Source of the DNA: Balanoglossus misakiensis
Taxonomy: Eukaryota > Animalia > Hemichordata
Length of the DNA stretch: 64,000 nucleotides
NCBI GenBank assembly: GCA_040954595.2
Contig: CM082595.2
Coordinates: forward strand, 2,465,943 to 2,529,942
Reading direction: 5' to 3'
The position numbers and the translations under genes are program-made. Below, piece after piece: positions 1-10,959 of this stretch. Within the stretch, counting starts at the first letter, position 1. Every line of letters starts with the position of its first letter. The notes under the pieces are model-generated. The model did no database searches and had not been told where the DNA came from. It worked only from the letters and a program-made list of their open reading frames with translations.

Positions 1-670
1 TCTGTTTAGTTTCATGATTTTGGCGTCGTTTACAATGATCTGTCTTCACAACCAAAACACCACGATTCTCACGTTCAAGGTGAGTGGAAAACACCAACAG
101 AAAGAAATTTGAACTGTACTTTGACCAAAACGATATTTTCTCCTGTATGTCAGAATGCGAGCATTTCCTTGGCACTGAATGTTCTAAAATCAAACTTACG
201 TCTATTCACTTGCAGGTCCCGTTTGTACCGTTTGTACCCGCTTTGAGCATATTCTGCAACGCAGTGCTGATGATGAAATTATCCAACATGACATGGATAC
301 GTTTTGTTGTCTGGGTTACTGTCGGTAAGTCACTCTTGGCCGCTAAGTAAGGTGAATAATGAGGTCGTTTGAAAAGTTTAATCCTTGTTTGTTTTTAAAT
401 ATTGTGGCATCTGACTTTTTTCTTTTGCTATTTCCAGGCATGATTTTATACTTTACCTATGGAATTCGAAAAAGTAAAGAAGCGCGTCGCTGGGAGGCGG
501 AACACAGACCGGAAGTGCATTACTTCGTCATGCCACAGGAGGCGCTGTACACAATGGAGGGAACAGTGGAGCTGCAGCAACCGCCCAGTGCGGGAAATCA
601 CCATGGTGACGACACGAGCAGCGAGACGGGGGATACACACACGTTGCTACCGTCGAGTGGGAAACAATGA
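1..670 (+). CDS. SLC7/CAT-family amino-acid transporter, copy A (3' end only)
   Basis: Exons <1-79 (..LHNQNTTILTFK|gt), 216-324 (VPFVPFVPALSIFCNAVLMMKLSNMTWIRFVVWVTV) and 438-670 (GMILYFTYGIRKSKE..stop). These match the AA_permease_C C-terminal pattern of CAT transporters. GT-AG sites preserve the frame. Confidence 0.92.
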
Positions 671-1827
671 CGCCAAAAAGAACATACAAAAGTCTGATAA
701 CTTGGAAAAGAGATTCCGTAATTTCATATTACTCATGGAATTCTCACGGTATGCTTACGTGAGCGCCGAAGACTAGTCGTGTTTTGCACAGTAAGAATGG
801 ATTGAACGTCAACCGACCGTTCAGTTTCTCAAATGCTATTTTATTTACATTCGGGTTACCTCGAACACTGACTGACACCGTGGTCTGATAACATTACATG
901 TTATTATTTTTTTGCATCGACCGATGAAAACTTATCGAGGATCATAGCTGGCAACATTCTAAGCTCTGAAGCTGGACAAAGTACATTACCAAACTGAAAT
1001 CTACAAAGAGTGAAACTTTTACAACAGATATGTGACTGCCATGAAGTATCATTAGGCCTAAAATTATCATTAGTATAAACGTGCCTTGAATTAATTAGTT
1101 TTAGCAGTCAGAACATTCTCCTAAGATTTGCACACCCGTCAGGTAAAACAAAACAAAAAATACGTCGGCTCTAAGGCACATATAATGCACATATAATATA
1201 GAAGATATGACTATTTTGAACTTGGTGTTTTGTTCGGGGGTATAGATTAACATCTTTTACTGTTTGAAACCGCACAAAATTCACATTTACATTGATTTGT
1301 ATTATATCCTGTCTTCCAAACTCTCTCTTTATGAAATGTAGCTAAATACGTATATGGAGAAAAATGTTAGTGGCCTAATTCCGAAATAAACTCGGATATC
1401 GATAAAAATGAACGCTTGTGTGAATATCTTTCATCAAGGAAGTAAGCGTCTCGAAAATTGAAATCAAAGTTGAACTTCTGCTATATTGTACAAGACAACT
1501 AGAATTGGGACCATGACCTCTGCACCAGATCTGTGCCGCAGTGAACTTTTTTTTCTCGAGTGAGGCAGCAAAATACACCAAATCACGTGTACTGGTCGTG
1601 ATGAAAATGTGGGATTTAAAATAGCTTGTATGTCTTATTTTTATACGCTTTCGTATGAGACAGATCCATCTCATTTGCATATCACTAGTGAAAAGTCCCT
1701 GCGTGTGTTATTTTGCCTGCGACAACACTAAGCGGCAGTACATGCGTAAAATACGTTGTATTTTATATCATTTTATCGCTTTTTCAAGTGGAGTTGGTGA
1801 GTATCTTGCTTATGACCGAGAAACAAG

Positions 1828-2935
1828 ATGGCGAGGTAAGGATAAACAGGCGAATTGCGTATTCTCCTCGGATGTGAGTGGTAACTTGTCATTAATAATA
1901 CTGTAACAATGAAATTGCAATAACGACTTAAAGCTTGTTTTGCAGTACCAATGTCAATGTGCGCATAGCCACAAAAGAAGACATGGAAGTTGCGACCGAT
2001 CTCACACAGGAAGTTGGCTGGGATTACACCACTGAATACCTCGAAACAATCCGACAACGAGATCCTGAGGGGTTTTTCCTTGCCGAAAAAGACAAGCAGG
2101 TTGTTGGTAAGTTGAAGCTTATTACACAAATAGAAGGCCCGTGTTCGAATATTCTGATTTTTATCAAGTTCGGAGTCATGGAGACATCTTCGATATTTTC
2201 ACTTCCACAGGTATGGGATGTGCGTTAAACCTCACGGAGGAGCTCACTCTCCTTGCACTGCATGTTACCAGGAAGGGACACCGAAAACAGGGAATCCAAC
2301 GCAGACTCCTGCAGCGACAATTCCAACACGCAGGCGACAGGAACATGGGTCTTTATTCCATAGACCAACACCGCGTGGAAGTCAACACTCGAATCGGTTT
2401 TAAGCACATCGGTTTTGAAACCTCTTACTTCCGTGGACAAGTAGACCACTCCGTTTTACCTGGGCTTGACGAGATCATGCCAGCTGGCGTCAACGTCTTG
2501 CCACTCAGTCAGGTTTCGTTCGACAGCCTGGTCGAGTATGATGCACAGGTGTTTCACTTCGAGAGGAGGGAGTCCGTCAAACTGTTATGCCGCGGCACAA
2601 ATATCTCCACACACGTTGCCGTGAATAACAGCGGCCAAATCACTGGCTATATAACCGCAAGACCAGTCATACCAGTGGAAAATAACATTGTTGTTTTACC
2701 ACTGATCGCCGATGATCTCCAAACCGCCGAGGTGTTACTGATCAATCTTCTTCATCAACTTCCGAATCACTCTTTCATACGAACATACACAATGTCAAAC
2801 CCAGCTGCAGTAGAGATGGCCAAAAAGTACAAAATCCAAGAGTTGATATTCTCAGCGACTTTCCAATACACGAAAAAGCCACTAGTCATGCAAATGAATA
2901 AAATATTTTCAATGCCTACTTTAGATTATCTGTAG
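1828..2935 (+). CDS. Two-domain GNAT N-acetyltransferase (YitH/HolE-like)
   Basis: Exons 1828-1835 (ATG GCG AG|gt), 1946-2106 and 2211-2935 are phase-consistent. Motifs VRIAT..D, EVGW, DPEGFFLAE, HRKQGI..L, IGFK and LVEYDAQVF..ERR...GYI fit the invertebrate tandem-GNAT family. Confidence 0.8.
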
Positions 2936-4504
2936 ATAATAAATTCTCGGAAGTACATTCATTTTTGATTAGGCTTAATTCTACATAAAAGACAAAACCT
3001 AAAATACATATTTTGTTTCCATTTTGTCTGTAGTTTGTTCTTTGAATAGAGAAACTACAAAGTCAACAGTTCTTCCTTATATTCAGTAGGTTCCATTAAT
3101 TTCGAAGCGGGGTTGTGGATATTTCATGACCGCGAACGAGGTTACACTTCGAGGGGTATACATGTACATGTACTAGCAACACAGTGGAGACTCGTTGGAA
3201 ACTGATACATGTACATAGTTCAAGGCGATAGCTTGATTTTATTGTGTTAGAGACCGAGTTACATACACAGATATATGTGCATGTTCTTAAGTTCTGTTCA
3301 TGTCACGTCATGTTCAGTTATTTTCTCTCTGCTCCAACATGTAAACTATCCCGTGGCTATTCATTATAATAAAGGTTAAATTATACATTGCTTATAGCAC
3401 AGACAAAGAGAAAATAATGTGTTCATTGTAATCTTTAATCAACCCTTGTGGGGCGGTGGATTCACTGGGGGGGGGGTTACTTTGTTTTGTAATGGGGGGG
3501 GTCACCCACGTTTGTTCAATGAGGTGGGGGAGAATCAGTCACTATTTGATATGATATCCACAATATAGAATAAACCACCCCCGGCCGAAGAATATGACCA
3601 GTCCCTTATGGGCTCTACTCCAAACCCGCGCATATCCGGGACATCCAAAATAGACTTTCCCTCACAGCCCAGAATAAACCTGCGTGCAGCCTGTAAGATT
3701 CAACCGCCAATACACCCCGGGTAGCTTGGTAAGTACATGTATACATACGGATCCCTAGGTTTCTGAATGTTTCTATATGGGGATATTCACCCACATCTGC
3801 TCGATTTAGGAACCTGGCCGTTTCAGTACAAAGTAGCGCACAGTTGCAATACGGGCAGCACTGGTTTCAGTTTTAGCTCGCCTACTCAGCTCTTCAATAT
3901 ATTATGTGCAACTACTATTAACTTGGAATAGCAACACAGCAGTGATGAAATAGGTCATTTATTAATGGGCAAAACGTGATAGCTGTTTTGAAAGTATTGA
4001 GAATAATCAAATCGAGACTATAAGGAACTCGAAGAGCGGAGTTGTCGCTTTTCAGTGTATTGATGCAGAAGCTAAGAGAGATCTTGCGGTCCTGCACCAA
4101 ATCTCCGGTAGCGGGAGTTGGGAGTTTGAAAATCGTGTACCACAGCACAACGGAGGTCTAAAAATGAAAATAACCGCAACTTTTTTTGAAGATGACAGAA
4201 TAAGAGTATAGTTATGTTAAATATGGATACTTAAAACGGAAATGTATACGTAACCCACGTTTGATTAGGAATTTTCATTAGAAGCCTATTCATAAGTTTC
4301 GTGCACAGACAAAAGTTATGTTAATGAATAGACCTAGGCCATGTACATGTATATCATTCTGCAGTCATGCTTACATAAACAAATATGCTGTGCATTTTCT
4401 TTCAGACTTAACACGTTCAACAAGGGCTGATGTTCCTTGGTTTAGCTGCTGGCTCGAAGTGATCCCTGACTTCTAGAATCGTGAATAACAAACACATTTC
4501 AAAC

Positions 4505-6058
4505 ATGGCGGCCTCCAACTGTTGGCAACAATTCACTAAGAAGATCAGTCGGGTGAAACACCTGGAGATGGACATTTTGGAATCCGAGTTGAGAAGATGC
4601 CTAAATGCCGTGGAATTGACATTTATGGGTCTTGGGTCAATGCTGGGTGCAGCTCTCTACATTATAACTGGGTCTTTAGCGAAGGATGTAACAGGTCCAT
4701 CAATCATAGTCTCGTACCTGATCGCCTGCGTCTGTTCAGTTCTGGCGGCGCTCTCTTATGCAGAATTCGGAGCGAGAGTCCCCAAAGCCGGATCGACATA
4801 TATCTTCGTTTACGTCACTATGGGGGAAATGATAGCCTTTCTGATCGGTTGGGAAATGATATTAGAGTATCTCGTTGGCAGTGCTTCGATAGCGCGGTCT
4901 TGGAGTGGTTACATCGACACGCTTGCTAACCATCATATAAGGGATTTCATTTACAAACATATCACTGGAGGGCCAATTGATGTCCCCTTTCTCGCCGAGT
5001 ATCCGGACTTCTTTGCGTTTTTGGTGGCCATGATAGCCATGGCGCTTGTTGCATTTGGAACTAAACTTTCCGCAAGGTTCTATTCAGCTTGTACCGCTTT
5101 GAATCTTTGCGTGATACTGTTTTTCAGCATCATGGGCTGTATATATGGGGATTTTGACAATTGGAGGGGTGGTAATTTCGCGCCGTTTGGAGTTTCGGGA
5201 ATCATGGCCGGAGCAGCGCCGTGTTTCTATGCCTACGTTGGCTTCGACGCCATTACGACAACGGGAGAAGAGACGAAGAACCCCACGAAGACCATCCCAC
5301 GCGCACTAGCCGTGACGCTTGTAGTCGCAACGTTGTGCTACCTGAGTGTTTCTGCGTCGTTGACCTTGATGGTGCCCTACTACGCCATTGACCCTGAAGC
5401 GGCTGTACCCGCTGCGTTCAAGTACCTAGGCCTTCCCTGGGCTGAGTATATAGTCGGAATCGGGGCTCTCCTCGGAATGACGTCATCCCTGATGACTTTC
5501 ATGTTTGCTCTGCCTCGGTGCATATACGCCATGGCCAGCGACGGCCTTCTCTTCTCTGCATTAGCGCGAGTTCACCCCCGCACACAAACCCCGGTGGTTG
5601 CAACTGTAGTATTCGGGATTTTGACAGGCATCTTTGCCGTCATATTCGACCTCACAGCCCTGGTCGAGTTCTTAGCCATCGGTACCCTTCTATCTTACAC
5701 CACCGTGTCGCTGAGTGTGATAGTCTTGAGGTACAGTCCAAAATCAATCGGGAATATTCTGGAAAATGGAACTTCTGATGAGAATAAGCCTGATCTTGAA
5801 GACTACGGAAGGCTGAAGAAACGATTCAGATGCTTGACTTTTCTGTCATCAGACCCGGGGAAAGTTCCAGCATATGCCACACTGTTAATGACAATTTGTA
5901 CATTCGCGTTATGCATTTTGATTGTCCGAGGTGGCAATGCAATTTCAGCAGCCAAGCCTTGGGCGTTAATCCTTCTGGTTGTGCTCGTTGCCTTGGTAGC
6001 GGCGCTGCTTCTTGTGATCAGCATGCACCAGCAGAATGTGACGCCATTAAATTTTAAG
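4505..6058 (+). CDS. SLC7/CAT-family transporter (SLC7A4-like) large coding exon B; no own 3' exons found
   Basis: Uninterrupted ORF MAASNCW..LRRCL..GLGSMLGAALY..YAEFGARVPKAGS..FYAYVGFD..PLNFK. Donor AAG|gtaagt at 6058/6059; acceptor ttcag ending at 4405. Confidence 0.93.
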
Positions 6059-6413
6059 GTAAGTCGTACAGTTTAAAATAACACCACAGCCATGCAAGGG
6101 TTCGAATCTCACCTCAGGGACTAACTGATGTGCAACTTTCGTACGTCATCTCCGGCTTTAAATGGTAGTCGTGACTAGCAAGGACAGCACACACCCTTTG
6201 ACATTTCATAATTATATTGCCCTTTGTATTAATGAGATATAAATATCAGCATTCCGATGGAGTGCACTATGATGGTTACATAGCAAAGATGAGGGTTGCA
6301 AGTTCCCATATCCGTACATGTACCGCCATGCAAGAGAGGGCGGGTGTAGGTGAAAGGTCTCCCAAGAGTACCCGTCTTTCTCACTCGCCAGATGAGTCAC
6401 CATGACAGAGATG

Positions 6414-8304
6414 AAATATAGCTGTGAACAGCAATAAGCGGGTTTCGAGACACTACTAGCCCTATTGGTTCGCCTGGAGATAGATTTGTGCATATTTAAT
6501 TACTGCATTAGTTGTTCTATCACTCCAAATGCCAAGGGTGTATGTGCTGTGGATGCTGAGATGTGGAAAAGTAGGTCAAAGGTCACGTGAGGTCACGCTT
6601 AATAGGAGCAGAAAATGTTTACGCTATACTGGTCCATGTCAAACAAAAACCAGACCTGTAGCCCTACTGGTTTGCCTGGAATTAGGTATGCACATAATTA
6701 ATGAGTTAGGCAGGTGTCAGAGGTGACTCTAAAATTTGGCTTCTTATTTTGGTCCCGTCCACCCAAACACCTAAGCTGTACCTGCTCTGGATGCCGAGAT
6801 ATGTGAAAGTAGGTCAAAGGTCACCCAAGGACATCCAAAGTTTGGGGAAAAAAATTGTCCCCATACTGGTCCATGTCCGACAAAAACCAGACCTGTAGCC
6901 CTATTGGTTTGCCTGGAATTAGGTATGCACATAGTTAATGAGTTAAGCAGGTGTCACAGGTGAGCCTTAAATTTGGCTTCTTATTTTGGTCCCATCCACC
7001 CAAACACCTAAGCTGTACCTGCTCTGGATGCTGAGGTATGCGAAAGTAGGTCAAAGGTCACCCAAAATTTGGGGGAAAAATTTGACCCCATACTGGTCCA
7101 TGTCCGACAAAAACCAGACCTGTAGCCCTATTGGTTTGCCTGGAATTAGGTATGTACATAGTTAATGAGTTAAGCAGGTGTCACAGGTGAGCCTTAAATT
7201 TGGCTTCTTATTTTGGTCCCATCCACCCAAACACCTAAGCTGTATCTGCTCTGGATGCTGAGATATGCGAAAGTAGGTCAAAGGTCACCCAAGGTCACCC
7301 AAAATGTGGGGAAAAAATTTGACCCCATACTGGTCCATGTCCGACAAAAACCAGACCTGTAGCCCTATTAGTTTGCCTGGAATTAGGTATGCACATAGTT
7401 AATGAGTTGAGCAGGTGTCACAGGTGAGCCTTAAATTTGGCTTCTTATTTTGGTCCCATCCACCCAAACACCTGAGCTGTACCTGCTCTGGATGCTGAGA
7501 TATGCGAAAGTAGGTCAAAGGTCACCCAAGGTCACCCAAAATTTGGGGAAAAAATTTGACCCCATACTGGTCCATGTCCGACAAAAACCAGACCTGTAGC
7601 CCTATTATTGGTTTGCCTGGAATTAGGTATGCACATAATTAATGAGTTGAGCAGGTGTCACAGGTGAGCCTTAAATTTGGCTTCTTATTTTGGTCCTATG
7701 CTGCAGACTATTGCACCGACCAGAATTCTACAAAACTATGTGGCCATAGCTTAAGTATAGTGGAATAAGTATAGGTATAGATTTCATAAAAAAATTAATA
7801 TAAAAAAATCGGTCGATTTTCCATATTATTTTTTCCAGTTGGAACTGATTGTCGGAAGGTAGGCTAGCTGCACACAAAATTTGAAGCTGATCAGCCCAGC
7901 GGATGTTGAGATATTGGGCATAAATCTAAAATCCTAGGGGGCCATTGCTTAACCATGGAAAGTATAGGCCAATGGCTGGGTCCAATGGTCATGGAAAATA
8001 TGAAAAATAATGCTTTAAAAATCATCTCCTCAAAATCGGCAAGGACTTAGACATTGAAATTTGGCATATAGGACCCTGGCCATATGGTCCACAAAGTTTC
8101 TGAACAGAATTTGGATTCTTCATTTTTTATGCAAATTAGACCAATTTAAAAGTTTAAATCCAAGATGGCTGCCAGGTCATGTGACCTGTTGCCATAGTGA
8201 CATGATCAAAAAATTACTTGCTTTGAGTTTTACCTATGAGCCAAATTTCAAGTCATTGGGTGCAACGGTCTTCGAATAGCGGCTGTTTTTAAAAGTGGGA
8301 AGAA

Positions 8305-8341
<37 letters not shown>

Positions 8342-8393
8342 CAACACGATTTCAAGAGGGTTTCGAGACCCCTCTGGTCTCGAAACCCTAATA
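6414..8393 (-). mobile_element. Non-autonomous Helentron/DINE-1-like (HINE) element
   Basis: Read on the minus strand: subterminal IR with adjacent inverted copy (AGGGTTTCGAGACC-cctct-GGTCTCGAAACCCT, 8357-8389), (AAT)n microsatellite at ~8306-8336, central tandem repeats, matching subTIR GGGTTTCGAGAC at 6440-6451, terminal stem-loop GCTGT-GA-ACAGC at 6421-6432, A/T-rich flanks. This order is the established DINE-1/HINE layout. Confidence 0.75.
6458..7697. repeat. ~237-bp tandem repeat, about 5 copies, inside the HINE element
   Basis: Anchor AAAAACCAGACCTGTAGCCC recurs at 6645, 6882, 7109, 7346 and 7583 (spacings 237/227/237/237). Confidence 0.95.
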
Positions 8394-8671
8394 AATAGAA
8401 ATCGTGATGATGATATACGACTGGTGTTTCTGGAGGATGATATAGTTAAGGAATGGTTGTGGTGCGAGGCAGACAAAGGACCTCGGTATGATCTGTGCGA
8501 TTTTTGGCATTCACTCGACGAACAGAGATCTGCGAGCAAACCCTGAGGTGTAAAAAAAGCATCCTGTGTCTTTCATATTCTCAACAGAACCAAATCTTCA
8601 ATTTTGACTGATTTTACCGACGATAATAATATTCTCGTGTAGCCAGAAACCATTCTTGACAATCATCCAAC

Positions 8672-10959
8672 ATGGCGCCCAGCTGTTGTCATAGTTTCCT
8701 GAGCAAGATCAGTCGTGTAAAACAACTCGAGGCGAACGTGATGGAGGCTCCGTTGAACAGATGCCTGAATACGTTAGAGCTGTCCTTTCTTGGACTGGGG
8801 ACCATGTTGGGATCCGGTCTATACATACTCACCGGCGCCCTAGCAGAGGCAATTACGGGACCAGCGGTTATAATCTCGTACCTGATAGCGGGATTCTGCT
8901 CAGCGTTTGCGGCGCTGTCGTACGCCGAGTTCGGGGCCAGGGTCCCCAAAGCTGGATCAACGTACGTGTTCGTGTACGTCACTATGGGGGAGATGATAGC
9001 GTTTCTGATCGGCTGGGAGATGATTTTAGAGTATTTGGTTGGAAGCGCTGCAATAGCGCGTTCTTGGAGTGGTTACATCGACGCACTCGCAAACCATAGG
9101 ATAAGGAATTTCATCTATGAGTACATCACTGGAGGACCAATTGACATCCCCTTTCTCGCGGCCTACCCTGATTTCTTTGCATTCCTGGTGGTGATGATAG
9201 CGATGTCTTTGGTAGCAGTTGGTGCGAAATTATCAGCGAGGCTTTTTACTGCATTTACTGGTTTGAATCTATGCATCATTGTGTTTGTCTCCGTGATGGG
9301 TTGCATCTATGGAGATCTGGAGAACTGGAGAAACGGTGAGTTTGCACCTTATGGGATTTCGGGAATCATGGCTGGAGCAGCGCCGTGTTTCTATGCCTAC
9401 GTTGGATTCGACGCCATAACAACGACTGGAGAAGAGGCTATGAACCCCACCAGGACAATCCCGCGAGCTCTGGCTGTTGCCATGGTTGTGGCAACCGTGT
9501 CTTACGTGAGCGTTTCTGCATCACTGACCCTGATGGTGCCCTACTACAACATAGACCCTGCAGGCGCCCTGCCTGCTGCCTTCGACTACCTGGGTCTTCC
9601 CTGGGCGGAGTACACCGTTGGAACGGGGGCCCTAGTCGGCATGACCGCAGAACTGATGGCGTTCATGTTTGCTCTGCCACGCTGCATATACGCCATGGCC
9701 AGCGACGGACTCCTGTGTCCCGTACTAGCTCGGGTTCACCCCCGCACACAAACCCCGGTGGTTGCAACTGTAGTATTCGGGATTCTGACAAGCATCTTTG
9801 CCGTCATATTCGACCTTGCGGCACTGGTCGAGTTCTTAGCCATCGGGACCCTTCTGTCTTACACCACCGTGTCGCTGAGTGTGATAGTCTTGAGGTACAG
9901 TCCACACACAGTGGGAAACGTCTTAGAAAAAGACCTCTCGGGCACCGATTTTTCCCAGGATTATGGAAAACTCAAGGAAAGATTCGGGCTGTTCAAATTT
10001 CTGATATCAGACCCGGGGAAAGTACCAGCGTATGCTACGCTAGTGATGGCAGTATTGACTTTTATACTTTGTGTCTTTATAACTAAAGGCCTAGAGTCTA
10101 TTTTAGCAAAGGAGGTCTGGGCGTTAGTCTTACTGTGTCTGCTGGTAGTAATGATTGTGATGGCGCTTGTTGTTATAAGCATGCACCAACAGAATTTAAC
10201 TGCACTGAATTTTAAGGTAGGCATGCTTCTGAAACAATAATACCCACGTGGTCATGTGGTTTCGTATAGGCCTACTATAGTTTACGTAGTTTTGACAATT
10301 CTAAGATCAAGTTAGATAGGACCGATTTGATAAGTTTGTATATTATAGAACGTGTGTCTATGCCGCTTTTCTTGCCATGACTGTACACGTATTTGAGTAA
10401 AACGATTGTTAACATTTCTTATTTCATTGTAGGTTCCCCTCGTCCCGTATATTCCTGCGCTTAGCATGTTCTGCAACTTTATACTGATGGTAAATTTGTC
10501 ATATATTACATGGATCCGGTTCGGTATTTGGGTAACGCTTGGTAAGTAAATCTTGCTGTAGTGTCGTATTTACATATTTTGCCCTTATACAGGTTGTAAT
10601 AGAGCTTACAGTACAGTATACGTTTTAGCAAGCGCACAACCAATGATAGGCTTATCCTTCAAGATAATACATTGTGGAAATATTTATGGCAGTTTTTCTC
10701 CGATCGTACAGGAATGACAACGTATTTTGTCTACGGAATGAACCACAGCAAGGAAGGTCAAAGGTCAGCTTCCACGACTGATGTGGACGAAGAGGAAACG
10801 TACCCTATCTTGACAGAAGCAGCAAATACAGAGATCGGTCATGAAGACCAGGAACTCAAAGACACACCCAATAATGGTCTTAAGTACGGAACCGGAAGTG
10901 ACGACAGCGTCCGCCATGATAATACCAACACAGAATCTACTAATGTTAAAAACGAATGA
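8672..10959 (+). CDS. SLC7/CAT-family transporter (SLC7A4-like) copy C, complete
   Basis: Large exon 8672-10216 (..ALNFK|gtag), exon 10433-10541 (VPLVPYIPALSMFCNFILMVNLSYITWIRFGIWVTL; 109 nt, same size as the copy A exon) and terminal exon 10712-10959 (GMTTYFVYGMNHSKE..). FALPRCIYAMASDGL..VHPRTQTPV resembles CAT4/SLC7A4. Confidence 0.93.

Noticed and set aside
6095-6125. GGTTCGAATC B-box-like sequence
   Set aside because: No A-box or cloverleaf; at most a SINE remnant.
6458-7697. Regular repeat array as a possible CRISPR
   Set aside because: Units are ~237 bp and repeated in full with no unique spacers; eukaryotic context and no cas genes.
8234-8546. ORFs with poly-Ile runs
   Set aside because: Derived from the (AAT)n microsatellite of the transposon.
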